DNA of 64,000 nucleotides, from positions 16,264 to 80,263 of the forward strand of contig RGPT01000001.1 in the NCBI GenBank assembly GCA_010032545.1. The letters run 5' to 3'. Both the position numbers and the translations under genes were made by a program. Source of the stretch: Alphaproteobacteria bacterium (GTDB lineage Bacteria; Pseudomonadota; Alphaproteobacteria; Reyranellales; Reyranellaceae). Positions 49,607 through 58,868 of this stretch are shown one piece after another; positions within the stretch are counted from its first letter, which is position 1, and each line of letters starts with the position of its first letter. The notes under the pieces were generated by a model. That model did not search any database. It had not been told where the DNA came from and saw only the letters and a list, made by a program, of their open reading frames with translations.

Positions 49607-50539
49607 TCAAAAGATTTTGGGAACGTTCAGCTCGGCTGGCACCGGCCTTCGCGCATAGTCCGGCATGTGCTCGCGGGCGGGCAAGGCGATAGGCGCGTGT
49701 TCGACCTCACCGTAAGGTATCTGCTGCAACAGATGATGGATGCAATTGAGGCGTGCCCGCTTCTTGTCGTTGCCTTCCACCACCCACCAAGGCGCCTCGG
49801 GAATATGCGTCCGCTCCAGCATCTCTTCCTTGGCCTTGGTGTATTCCTCCCAGCGGCGCCGGGATTCGAGGTCCATCGGCGACAGTTTCCATTGCTTCAG
49901 CGGATCGTGGATGCGCATCAGGAACCTGAGGTTCTGCTGCGCGTCGGTGATCGAGAACCAGTATTTGAGGAGGATGATTCCCGATCGCACCAGCATGCGC
50001 TCGAATTCGGGCACGGAGCGAAAGAACTCCTGCACGTCGGCCTCGTTGCAGAAACCCATCACGCGCTCGACGCCGGCGCGATTGTACCAGCTGCGGTCGA
50101 ACAGGACGATTTCGCCGGCGCCCGGCAGGTGTGGCACGTAGCGCTGGAAATACCACTGGCTGCGCTCGCGTTCGGTAGGAGCCGACAGCGCGACGGTGCG
50201 GCAGATGCGCGGGTTGAGCCGCTGCGCCATCCGCTTGATGACGCCGCCCTTGCCGGCGGCATCGCGGCCCTCGAATAGGATCACGACCTTGAGTCCCCTG
50301 TAGACCACCCAGTCCTGCAGCTTCACCAGTTCGCGCTGCAGGCGCAGCAGCTCCGAGAAGTAGCGCCGTCGGTCCATGCCCGGGCCGGCGTCGGCTGCGA
50401 GTATCTCGTCGGCCACGCCGGCAGGCAGGCGGGGAAGCAGATCGTCGTCGATCTCGAGTTCCAGTTCCTCATCGATGCCGTCGATCATCTCGTCATGGAG
50501 CAGGCCCTGGAGGCTCTGGCGATCTGGTCCGGCGGCCAT
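49607..50539 (-). CDS. ppk2: Polyphosphate kinase 2
   Basis: FEGRDAAGKGG Walker A, FDRSWYNR, QWKLSPMD, NDKKRARLN; GAAGGAGAA RBS. Confidence 0.95.
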   Translation of the reverse strand: MAAGPDRQSLQGLLHDEMIDGIDEELELEIDDDLLPRLPAGVADEILAADAGPGMDRRRYFSELLRLQRELVKLQDWVVYRGLKVVILFEGRDAAGKGGVIKRMAQRLNPRICRTVALSAPTERERSQWYFQRYVPHLPGAGEIVLFDRSWYNRAGVERVMGFCNEADVQEFFRSVPEFERMLVRSGIILLKYWFSITDAQQNLRFLMRIHDPLKQWKLSPMDLESRRRWEEYTKAKEEMLERTHIPEAPWWVVEGNDKKRARLNCIHHLLQQIPYGEVEHAPIALPAREHMPDYARRPVPAELNVPKIF

Positions 50540-50654
50540 CTTGTTCTCCTTCATGCGGTGCAGGCGTTCGAAAGTGGGGCGAGCGTGTGACAAACGTGCG
50601 ACAGTGAACGAATCGGCCGCGGCGGGCAGTCTTCAGTTCGGCTGCCCAGCCGCT

Positions 50655-50934
50655 TCCTCGCCGCTCGCGCCCTCGTCGCTGGAAACCTCCGAGCAATTGT
50701 TCGACCGCATCGCGTCGCTGAACTTCAAGGCGGCGTCGGCCAAATGTCGCTGGTCGGCAGCCGCATGGCAAAGCGCGGAGGCGGGTCGATCGTCAATGTT
50801 TCCAGCGTCGGCGCGCTGCGGTCTCGGCCGCAGATCGTTCCCTATGCCGGCCCCTAGGCGGCGCTCAACGCCGTCAACGGGGCTTTCGCCTTCGAGTACG
50901 GGCAAGGGTACGTGTGAACACCATCTTGCCCGGC
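50655..50934 (+). pseudogene. Decayed internal fragment homologous to the SDR gene (52623-52904)
   Basis: Colinear similarity e.g. cctcgtcgctggaaacctccgagca..gttcgaccgcatc; frameshifts and an in-frame TAG. Confidence 0.85.
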
Positions 50935-51069
50935 GTGACATTGAGCGAATAGGACAGCATCGGCGGGCGGGCATGTGGCGCCGGCCGCAGGCGGCCGACC
51001 TGTGGCCCGAGGGCGACGGGCCGGTCGTACAGGTAGGTCGTTCGACGATGCAGCGCGACGTGGATGCTC
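50930..51069 (-). pseudogene. Decayed 5' fragment homologous to the transglutaminase-DUF2126 gene (46403-46542)
   Basis: Translates [45 protein letters not shown] versus intact [45 protein letters not shown]; ATG replaced by CAG. Confidence 0.88.
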
Positions 51070-51096
51070 TGAAGGCCTCTTGCTGAAGGTTACGAC

Positions 51097-51111
51097 GCAA
51101 GTCACGTGCCG
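51097..51111 (-). promoter_or_regulatory. Relict sigma-54-like promoter upstream of the transglutaminase fragment
   Basis: Minus strand CGGCACGTGACTTGC = GG-N10-GC, positioned like the motif at 46578-46593. Confidence 0.55.
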
Positions 51112-51260
51112 CGGCGCAAGCGGCCGGCGCACATTCTCCAGTCCGATCTCGTGCAATAGGAAATAAATCGGATACGGCCATTGGCGAAAGCTTGTCGAAA
51201 ACCCATATCGCGCAGGCGGCCGAAAGAGCCGTCAACGAACATGCCGCTGGGAGGCAAGAC

Positions 51261-52256
51261 GTGATGATCTACACAAATCGGCGCCGTTTTATGTCGGGTG
51301 CGACCGCGCTGGGCGTCGGCGGGCTTGCCATGTCCTCGGGTGCCGGGGCGACGCAGAACTGGCCCAACAAGCCGGTCACCATCGTGGTGAACTTCCCGCC
51401 TGGCGGGCTGACCGACGCCATCGCCCGGACCTTTTCGCAGTACGCGGCCCAGAAGACGGGGCAGCAGTTTATAATCGAGAACAAGGCGGGCGCCGGCGGC
51501 AACATCGGCGCGGCGCAGGTCGCCAAGGAGCCGGCCGACGGCTACACCTTCCTGCACACCGTCTCAAGCACGCTGGTGCAGGGCCGGGTGCTCTACAACA
51601 ATCTGGGTTTCGACCCGGACAAGGATTTCACCCTGGTCGCCGGCACGAATTCGGGCGCCCTGCCGCTCGTAGTCCACAAGTCGGTGCCGGCTACAAACGT
51701 CAAGGAATTCATCGCCTGGGCGAAGACCAACAAGGTGAGTTTCGGCACCTGGGCGGCGGGCTCGGCCGCGCACATCGTCTGCCAGCAGCTCAACAAGCTC
51801 TACGATCTCAAGATGGAGCCGGTCCACTACCGCGGCGAAGGGCCGATGTGGCAGGACATGAACGCGGGCTCGCTGCAGATCGCCATGGGCAGCTACCAGG
51901 CGCTGCGGCCGCTGCTCGAGAAGGATGTCATCCGGCCGATCGCCATTCCCGGCCCGGCCCGCGCGCCGCTGCTGCCCAATGTGCCGACCATGGTCGAACA
52001 GGGCTACGATCAGCCAGCGTTCCGAATCTACGGCTACCTGGTGTTGGCGGCGCCGGCCGGCACGCCCAAGGACATCGTGGCCAAGCTGTCCACGCTATGG
52101 ATCGAGGCGGCGCAGTCCGAGGGCGGCCGCAAGATGATGGAGAGCTTTGGCCTGCGCGATCTGCCGCTCGGCCATGTCGAGATCTCGGCCGACTACGAAA
52201 ATCTCAAGAAGCAGCTCATCCCGCTGGTCCAGGAGCTGGGGGTCAAGCTCGAGTAG
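51261..52256 (+). CDS. Bug/TctC family substrate-binding protein
   Basis: NRRRFM Tat-like leader; WPNKPVTIVVNFPPGGLTD, ENKAGAGGNI, DGYT, VHYRG. Confidence 0.92.
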   Translation: MMIYTNRRRFMSGATALGVGGLAMSSGAGATQNWPNKPVTIVVNFPPGGLTDAIARTFSQYAAQKTGQQFIIENKAGAGGNIGAAQVAKEPADGYTFLHTVSSTLVQGRVLYNNLGFDPDKDFTLVAGTNSGALPLVVHKSVPATNVKEFIAWAKTNKVSFGTWAAGSAAHIVCQQLNKLYDLKMEPVHYRGEGPMWQDMNAGSLQIAMGSYQALRPLLEKDVIRPIAIPGPARAPLLPNVPTMVEQGYDQPAFRIYGYLVLAAPAGTPKDIVAKLSTLWIEAAQSEGGRKMMESFGLRDLPLGHVEISADYENLKKQLIPLVQELGVKLE

Positions 52257-52334
52257 CGGGCGGCCCTTTCGCATGGCGCGATCCGGCGCCCGGCCCTCCT
52301 CGCCTTCGGCGGGCGGCTGTGGTGGGATTGCGCC

Positions 52335-53081
52335 ATGAGCACCAATTACTTCGATCTCACCGGCAAGGTCGCCCTCGTCACCGGGGGCAGCCGTGGTCTG
52401 GGCTATCAGATGGTGAAGGCCTTCGCCGCCCACGGCGCCGATGTCTTCATCGCCAGCCGCAAGCTGGAGGCCTGCGACAAGGTTGCCGCCGAGGTCCGCG
52501 CGCTCGGCCGCAAGGCTGCGACCCATGCCTGCAACGTGGCCAACTGGCAGGAGCTGGAGGGCCTCGTCGACGCGGCCTATGCCGCCTTCGGCAAGATCGA
52601 TATCCTGGTGAACAACGCTGGCTCCTCGCCGCTGGCGCCCTCGTCGCTGGAAACCTCCGAGCAGCTGTTCGACCGCATCGTGTCGCTCAACTTCAAGGCG
52701 CCGTTCCGGCTGATGTCGCTGGTCGGCAGCCGGATGGCCAAGGGCGACGGCGGCTCGATCATCAACGTTTCCAGTGCCGGCGCGCTGCGTCCGCGGCCGC
52801 AGATCGCGCCCTATGCCGGCGCCAAGGCCGCGCTCAATGCGCTGACCGAGGCCTTCGCCTTCGAGTACGGACCCAAGGTGCGCGTGAACACCATCTCGCC
52901 CGGCCGTTTCCTCACCGACGTCTCGAAGGCCTGGCCCGAGGAGCACAAAAAGAATGCGACGGCGGCGCTCAGGCGCAGCGGCAGTCCGGAGGAAATCGTG
53001 ACGGCGGCGCTCTATCTCGCCTCGAGCAAGTCGAGTTTCACCACCGGATCGCTGGTCCGGGTCGACGGCGGAATAGCCTAG
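52335..53081 (+). CDS. Short-chain dehydrogenase/reductase
   Basis: TGGSRGLG, NNAG, YAGAK, VRVNTISPG. Confidence 0.95.
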   Translation: MSTNYFDLTGKVALVTGGSRGLGYQMVKAFAAHGADVFIASRKLEACDKVAAEVRALGRKAATHACNVANWQELEGLVDAAYAAFGKIDILVNNAGSSPLAPSSLETSEQLFDRIVSLNFKAPFRLMSLVGSRMAKGDGGSIINVSSAGALRPRPQIAPYAGAKAALNALTEAFAFEYGPKVRVNTISPGRFLTDVSKAWPEEHKKNATAALRRSGSPEEIVTAALYLASSKSSFTTGSLVRVDGGIA

Positions 53082-53167
53082 GTCTTCCGGAACACGTGCC
53101 TCATGAGCGCGCGGGTCGCGCGCGGTCCGGAAGAGTGAGCCAAATCTGTCTTGGGAGGAACTATCTG

Positions 53168-54298
53168 ATGAAAATGAAAGCCGGCGTTCTCACCACCTGC
53201 GGCGCGCCGCGGCCCTTCGCCAAGTCCAAGCCCATCCATGTCCTGGAAGTCGATCTCGATCCGCCCGGCGAGGGCGAGGTGCTGGTCAAGGTAGGTGGCG
53301 CCGGCCTCTGCCATTCCGACCTGTCGCTGATCAACGGCGATCGGCCGCGCCCGGTGCCCATCGTGCTGGGCCACGAGGGTGCGGGCGAGATCGTCGAGCT
53401 GGGCAAGGGCGTGCACGACGTGAAGGTGGGCGATCATGTCTGCTTCACCTTCAACGTGAGCTGCGGCCGCTGCCGGCGCTGCCTCGAAGGCCGGCCCTAT
53501 ATCTGCGAGCGTTCGGTCACGCCACGCTCCGCGGGCCAGCTCCTCTCCGGCAATCATCGCCTGCATATGGACGGCAAGCCGGTGAACCATCAGTCCGGCG
53601 TCTCCTGCTACGCCGAGTACGCCGTGGTCGACCGCGGCTCGATCGTGGTGATCGACAGGAGCCTGCCGCTCGATGTCGCGGCCCTGTTCGGCTGCGCCGT
53701 GGTGACGGGCGTGGGCGCGGTGGTGAACACCGCGCAAATCCAGCCCGGCAGCTCGGTGGCCATCGTCGGCCTGGGCGGAGTGGGCCTCAGTGGCCTGATG
53801 GGCGCAGTGCTCGCGGGAGCGGGCCGCATCGTCGCCATCGATCTTTCGGACGATAAGCTCGGCCTCGCTCGCCAGCTCGGCGCCACCGACACCGTGAACG
53901 CCAAGGACGCCGACCATGTCACCCAGGTGCGCGACCTCACAGGCGGCGGCGTGGACTATGCTTTCGACCTTGCCGGCACCATCAAGGCGATGGAGACGGC
54001 CTACCTGGTGACGCGCTGGGGCGGCACGACGGTGTCGGCTGGCCTTTCGCCGATCACGGCAGACTTCTCCTTCAAGCAGAGCCAGCTCGTGAGCGAGGAG
54101 AAGACCATCAAAGGCTCCTACATGGGAAGCTGCGTGCCGGTGCGCGACATCCCGCGCTTCATCGCGCTCTACCAGCAGGGCAAGCTGCCGGTCGACCGCA
54201 TGGTGAGCCAGCGCATCGGCTTCGACGAGCTGAACGTGGGCTTCGACCGGCTGCAGGACGTGGCCACGGTGCGGCAGATTTTGGTGCCGCACGGATAG
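53168..54298 (+). CDS. Zinc-dependent alcohol dehydrogenase (class III-like)
   Basis: GLCHSD, GHEGAG, CGRCRRC...C, FGCAVVTG, GLGGVG. Confidence 0.95.
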   Translation: MKMKAGVLTTCGAPRPFAKSKPIHVLEVDLDPPGEGEVLVKVGGAGLCHSDLSLINGDRPRPVPIVLGHEGAGEIVELGKGVHDVKVGDHVCFTFNVSCGRCRRCLEGRPYICERSVTPRSAGQLLSGNHRLHMDGKPVNHQSGVSCYAEYAVVDRGSIVVIDRSLPLDVAALFGCAVVTGVGAVVNTAQIQPGSSVAIVGLGGVGLSGLMGAVLAGAGRIVAIDLSDDKLGLARQLGATDTVNAKDADHVTQVRDLTGGGVDYAFDLAGTIKAMETAYLVTRWGGTTVSAGLSPITADFSFKQSQLVSEEKTIKGSYMGSCVPVRDIPRFIALYQQGKLPVDRMVSQRIGFDELNVGFDRLQDVATVRQILVPHG

Positions 54299-54310
54299 TG
54301 CACGGATGGA

Positions 54311-54332
54311 CGGCGGGCATCTCTGCCCGCCG
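54311..54332. terminator. Hairpin between convergent genes
   Basis: cggcgggca-tctc-tgcccgccg perfect 9-bp stem. Confidence 0.65.
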
Positions 54333-54349
54333 CCTATTGCGTTGCAGCG

Positions 54350-54652
54350 TTACTGGATGCGGATAATGAAACCCGGCGTATTGTCGTAAATTACCGGCGG
54401 TGGCTGATAGCCGTAGTTGTAGGGCGTGCCGTAGACGACCGGTGGCTCACGGTAGTGGTAGCCGTAATACCGGTTGTTCCAGTCGTCGTTGTTTCTGTTG
54501 TTGTTATTGTCGTTGTTGTTCCAGCGGTTGTCCTGATGCCACTGGCCATCCTTGCCCCACCAGGCGGCGCTGGCGGGAGCAGCGACGGCGGTGAAGGCAA
54601 GAGCACCCAGCACGAGACTGGCGGCCAGGCCGATACGGCTTCTGCTCATCAT
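54350..54652 (-). CDS. Secreted low-complexity Asn/Tyr-rich hypothetical protein
   Basis: Signal peptide ending PASA; WNNNDNNNNRNNDDWNNRYYGYHY; Pro/Tyr-rich tail. Confidence 0.75.
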   Translation of the reverse strand: MMSRSRIGLAASLVLGALAFTAVAAPASAAWWGKDGQWHQDNRWNNNDNNNNRNNDDWNNRYYGYHYREPPVVYGTPYNYGYQPPPVIYDNTPGFIIRIQ

Positions 54653-54662
54653 GGTGGACCTC

Positions 54663-55145
54663 CTAGCCCTGGGTCGGTGTCGACGGGCTGTACTTCTCGA
54701 ACACCATGTCGGCGTTCTTCTTCTGCTCGGCAGGCATCGAATCGTAGAGCGACTTGAAGGAGGAGTTCAGGTTCTTCAGCCCGTCGAGCCGGACCTGGGT
54801 GAACTCCTGATAGGTCTTCAGGTCGTCGACCGCCGTCGTCTTCTCCGGCGGGATGGTCCGCTTGGTTGCCACCAACTTCTCCATCTCGCTGGCGCTGTCG
54901 CGCATCGCCTGGGAGACGGCGGTCCACTTGACCTCCTGATCGGGCGTGATCTTGAGTGCCGTCTTGAGCGTGGCGATACGCTGGTCGAGGGTTTCGGGCT
55001 TGGTGCTGGTGGCGGCGGCCGCCGCCGGGGGTTGGGCGTTGGACTGCGCCATTACAGGGGCGAACGAGCCGGTCAGCAGGGCGCCTGCCGCCAACGATGT
55101 GAGGGCGAACGACCGCGCGAACGGTGTAAACCGAGTATGGGTCAT
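54663..55145 (-). CDS. Spy/CpxP family periplasmic chaperone
   Basis: Signal peptide; LKITPDQ..W (LTxxQ-like), LYDSMPAEQKKNAD. Confidence 0.82.
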   Translation of the reverse strand: MTHTRFTPFARSFALTSLAAGALLTGSFAPVMAQSNAQPPAAAAATSTKPETLDQRIATLKTALKITPDQEVKWTAVSQAMRDSASEMEKLVATKRTIPPEKTTAVDDLKTYQEFTQVRLDGLKNLNSSFKSLYDSMPAEQKKNADMVFEKYSPSTPTQG

Positions 55146-55356
55146 GCTAATTCCTTCAAGGCTATGGCCACGCCTCGCTGCCCTGATGTGTCGGGATAGC
55201 CGGCCGCCACTCAAGAGAACGAGTTGCGGGAGACGTTGGTTCCGGGGGCGGCAAAACAAAGCAGCGTGGATAGGGTTTCGGCCCTGTTTTGGACACGACT
55301 CAGGAGGCGACGACCTCGATCGACCAGCAATGGAAAAGGCAATGGCCGACCATCGA

Positions 55357-55827
55357 ATGAGCTTCGACAAATTCAGCATCGCAATCGAGACGTCCTTGCA
55401 GGACGAAGTTCGCTCGCTCGTCGCCGAACTGAATGCCGTCCTGCTCGAACTGACGCCGCCCGAGCATTGCCACCATCTGACGGTGGAGCAGATGGCTGAT
55501 GCCAGCACGACCGTCTTTGTCGCCCGCGACCGCGGCCAGGCGGTGGCGTGCGGAGCGCTCAAGCGCCACGCGGATGGTATCGGCGAGGTGAAGCGCATGT
55601 ATACGCGGCCCTCGCACCGGGGCCAAAAGATCGGCGAGCAGATCGTGGCGCGCATCGAGGCGTTGGCGCGATCCGAGGGACTGAAGCGCCTGGTTCTGGA
55701 GACCGGCGACCGGCACCATGCCGCCTGGAAAGTCTACGAGCGCTCGGGTTTTGCGCGCTGCGGGCCGGTGCTCGATTATCCCGACGTCTCGTGGTCGGTG
55801 TTTTATGACAAGCGCCTCGACGGCTGA
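55357..55827 (+). CDS. GNAT acetyltransferase
   Basis: VACGAL, GEVKRMYT..SHRGQKIG, LVLETG...AWKVYERSGF. Confidence 0.88.
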   Translation: MSFDKFSIAIETSLQDEVRSLVAELNAVLLELTPPEHCHHLTVEQMADASTTVFVARDRGQAVACGALKRHADGIGEVKRMYTRPSHRGQKIGEQIVARIEALARSEGLKRLVLETGDRHHAAWKVYERSGFARCGPVLDYPDVSWSVFYDKRLDG

Positions 55828-55927
55828 CGGGCTTTGACGTCAACCAGGCTGGCGCTTGCCGCGCCTGCCATTTCGCGATTTCCGGACAGACGCGAAAGTG
55901 ACAGACCTGCGTCCTCTTTCGGGCGCG

Positions 55928-56770
55928 CTACTTGATCTCGAAACCGAGCTTCTTCAGCGAGGCGCGGATGGTCTCGCGGCCGTTCATGGCCTTGAGCGGC
56001 CCGAGGCGGTTCAGCACGCGCTGGGTCCAGGTCGCGGCCTGCAGCTCGTGGCGGGCGGAAAAACGGCCCATCTCCGCATCGTAGATGGCGCGCTGGGCGG
56101 CCTCGTGGGTGGCGTCGTAGCGCTCGTGGTGCAGGATGACGGACTGCGGCAGGCGCGGCTTCACCTCGCCGGCCGCCTTGCTGTCGGCGGCGTAGCCGAC
56201 GCAGAGGCCGAACACGACGAAGGCCTGCGGCGGCAGACCCAGCAACTCGGCGACGCGGACCGGGTCGTTGCGCATGGCGCCGATATAGACCGTGCCGAGA
56301 CCGATCGACTGCGCGGCCACGACGGCGTTCTGCGCGGCCAGGGCTGCATCGATACAGGCGACCATGAAGGTTTCGAGCCAGGGCATGGTCTCGAACTCGG
56401 TCTTTGTGGCGTCCGAAATGCGCTGGTTGCGCGCCATGTCGGCCACCCAGCAGATGAACAGCGGGCACTGCTCGATGTGCTTCTGGCCGCCGGCGATCTC
56501 GGCCAGCACCTTCTTCCTGGCTGGGTCGGTGACGGCGACGGCCGACCACCACTGCATGTTGGAGCTGGTGGCCGCCGACTGGGCCGCGGCGATCAGGGTT
56601 TCGAGCGTACCGGGCGGCAGGGCGTCGGGCTTGTAGCCGCGCACCGAGCGGTGGTCGAGCATCGTGGCGATGACTTCGTTCCACGGCCCCGCGGCCGGGA
56701 TCGCCTCGGCGCCGTAGCGCCTGGCCAGCGCGTCGGTCTTCTTGTCGGTGGTTGGCGTTAGCGAGTCCAT
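55928..56770 (-). CDS. Nitroreductase / NADPH-dependent FMN reductase (NfsA-like)
   Basis: HRSVRGY, AATSSNMQ, DAALAAQN, GLGTVYIGAMRN, KPRLP. Confidence 0.92.
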   Translation of the reverse strand: MDSLTPTTDKKTDALARRYGAEAIPAAGPWNEVIATMLDHRSVRGYKPDALPPGTLETLIAAAQSAATSSNMQWWSAVAVTDPARKKVLAEIAGGQKHIEQCPLFICWVADMARNQRISDATKTEFETMPWLETFMVACIDAALAAQNAVVAAQSIGLGTVYIGAMRNDPVRVAELLGLPPQAFVVFGLCVGYAADSKAAGEVKPRLPQSVILHHERYDATHEAAQRAIYDAEMGRFSARHELQAATWTQRVLNRLGPLKAMNGRETIRASLKKLGFEIK

Positions 56771-58026
56771 GAGGCAGTTCCTTGAGGTTTGGCGCGGGTG
56801 ATCGCGGTCACCAGCGCGAGAAGGATGAATCCGACGACGATCATGAAGATGGCGCGCGGTTCGCCGCGGTCCATCAGCCAGCCGTAGAGCAAGGGGGCCA
56901 CCATGCCGCCCAGGTTGAAGCCGGTGCTGACGAAGCCGAACACCTTGCCGAACGAGCCGGGTGGCGTGACGGCCCGCACCATCATGTCGCGCGAGGGCTG
57001 GATCATGCCGTTGAGCAATCCGCCCAGCGACATCACGCCGATCAGCACGGCCGCGGGCATGTTCACCCAGGCCATCAGGATCGCCATCGTAGAGGTGAAC
57101 GCAAAGCCCACGGCCGCGACGCGCTCGTGGTGGACCGTACGGTCGGCGATGACGCCGCCCAGCAGCACGCCGCCCGCACTCATCAGCAGGAAACCGGACA
57201 AGGCAATGTTGGCGGCCGAGAACGTCGTGCCGTGAATGGCTTCCATGCCGACGACGGTGAAGGTCTGGATGCCGCCATTGGCCATGGCAAGGCAGAAGAA
57301 GAACAGCAGGTTGCGCAGGATCGGCGCGCTCAGCAACAGGCCTAGCCCAACCTTGGCTTCACTTCCCTTGGATGCGTCGAGGGCGGGCGATGGGCCGGGC
57401 TTGTGCACGACGCGCGGCAGGATGCTGCCGGCCACGATCACCAGGATCGCGACGGCGAAAGAGAGGCCCGCGGCAAACAGGAAGGCACCGCGCCAGCCCC
57501 AGATCGCGGCCGAGGCCAGCACCAGCGCGGGCGTGACGCCGGAGCCCAGGTAACCCGCGAAAGTATGAATCGAGAAGGCCTTGCCGATCCGCTTGGGATC
57601 GACGGTGGCCGACAGGATTGTGTAGTCGGCCGGATGATAGACAGTGTTGGCGACGCCCAGGAAAGCGTAGGAGATGACGAAGAACCAGTAGCCCGGCAGC
57701 AGCGCGGCGGCGGCGATAGCGGCAGCGCCCAGCAGCAGCCCGCCGGTCAACATGATCCGCGGGCCGATGCGGTCGACCAGGAAGCCGGCCGGCGTCTGCA
57801 AGAGTGCCGAGGCGACGTTGAAGGCCGTCAGTGCCAGGCCGATCTGGATATAGCTGACGCCGAAGGCCTCACGCACTTCGCCGAACAGCGGCGGAAGCAG
57901 CATGATGTGCACGTGGCTGATGAAATGTGCCACGGCGATCAGCGCGATCACCTTGGTCTCACGGCTCCACTTCGTACCGGAGGCTTTATCGGCCGGCAGG
58001 TCGAGCGGTTCACTCGTCGATGACAT
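56758..58026 (-). CDS. MFS transporter
   Basis: About 12 hydrophobic segments; GFLVDRIGPR, YHPADY, GKVFGFVSTG. Confidence 0.9.
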   Translation of the reverse strand: MSSTSEPLDLPADKASGTKWSRETKVIALIAVAHFISHVHIMLLPPLFGEVREAFGVSYIQIGLALTAFNVASALLQTPAGFLVDRIGPRIMLTGGLLLGAAAIAAAALLPGYWFFVISYAFLGVANTVYHPADYTILSATVDPKRIGKAFSIHTFAGYLGSGVTPALVLASAAIWGWRGAFLFAAGLSFAVAILVIVAGSILPRVVHKPGPSPALDASKGSEAKVGLGLLLSAPILRNLLFFFCLAMANGGIQTFTVVGMEAIHGTTFSAANIALSGFLLMSAGGVLLGGVIADRTVHHERVAAVGFAFTSTMAILMAWVNMPAAVLIGVMSLGGLLNGMIQPSRDMMVRAVTPPGSFGKVFGFVSTGFNLGGMVAPLLYGWLMDRGEPRAIFMIVVGFILLALVTAITRAKPQGTASWTR

Positions 58027-58852
58027 TGACGCCCAACGTGCCGATGCCTGAAATCTCGACCTCGACCTTGTCGCCGCCCCTCATCCAGAGCGGAGGCTTG
58101 CGGCCCGCACCGACGCCGTCGGGCGTGCCGGTGGCGATGATGTCGCCGGGCTCGAGCCAGGTCACGGTCGACAGGTATTCGATGATGGTGGCGACATCGA
58201 AGATCATGTGATCGGTAGTGTCGTGCTGTACGGTCTTGCCGTTCAGCCGCGTCTCGAGTTTCAGCCGCTGCGGATCAGGGATTTCGTCGGTCGTGACCAT
58301 CCAGGGTCCGAGTGGGCCAGTCGCCGGAAAGTTCTTGCCTGCGGTCACCGAGTGCTTCTGGAAGTCACGTACGCTGCCGTCGAGGAAGCAGGTGTAGCCC
58401 GCGACGACGGAGAGGGCGCTGGCGCGCGAGACGTGGCGGCATCGCGTGCCGATCACGATCGCGAGCTCGCCCTCGAAGTCGAAGTCGATCGAGGCGCGCG
58501 GCCGGACGATGTCGCCGCCGTGCGCCACCAGGGTGTTGTGCAGGCGCGAGAACACACTGGGCACCGTCGGCAACTGGCGGCCGACCTCACCGACATGGCT
58601 GGCGTAGTTCAGCCCGATGCAGAGGACCTTGTCGGGATCTGGAACCACCGGCAGCAGCGCCACCTCGTCCATCTTGAAGTCGGCCACTGCGCCCTTGGTC
58701 GTGACGGCGAGTTCGCCCAGCGCCTTGGCGGCAAGGACGGCGCGCAGGCTTGCCCAGCGGTTACCGCTGCGCGCCGACAGATCGACGATACCGCCATCGA
58801 CGGCCGCACCGATCTTGTGTGCGCCCGCATGGCGAAAGCTGACCAACCGCAT
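58010..58852 (-). CDS. Fumarylacetoacetate hydrolase family protein
   Basis: CIGLNY, DFEGEL, DGSVRD, GKNF, GDIIATGTPDGVG. Confidence 0.93.
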   Translation of the reverse strand: MRLVSFRHAGAHKIGAAVDGGIVDLSARSGNRWASLRAVLAAKALGELAVTTKGAVADFKMDEVALLPVVPDPDKVLCIGLNYASHVGEVGRQLPTVPSVFSRLHNTLVAHGGDIVRPRASIDFDFEGELAIVIGTRCRHVSRASALSVVAGYTCFLDGSVRDFQKHSVTAGKNFPATGPLGPWMVTTDEIPDPQRLKLETRLNGKTVQHDTTDHMIFDVATIIEYLSTVTWLEPGDIIATGTPDGVGAGRKPPLWMRGGDKVEVEISGIGTLGVNVIDE

Positions 58853-58868
58853 GGCCGGGAGCCTAGGG

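Noticed and set aside
50376-51235. Track ORFs 50376..51086 and 50633..51235 as novel genes
   Set aside because: They are read-throughs of decayed SDR and transglutaminase fragments.
53083-53134. Inverted repeat tcttccgga / tccggaaga after the SDR gene
   Set aside because: Single intercistronic hairpin without a U-tract or other copies in the window; too little to call a feature.
51848-53167. N-terminal extension of the 816-aa ORF
   Set aside because: Off-frame over the Bug and SDR genes; the alcohol dehydrogenase starts at 53168.
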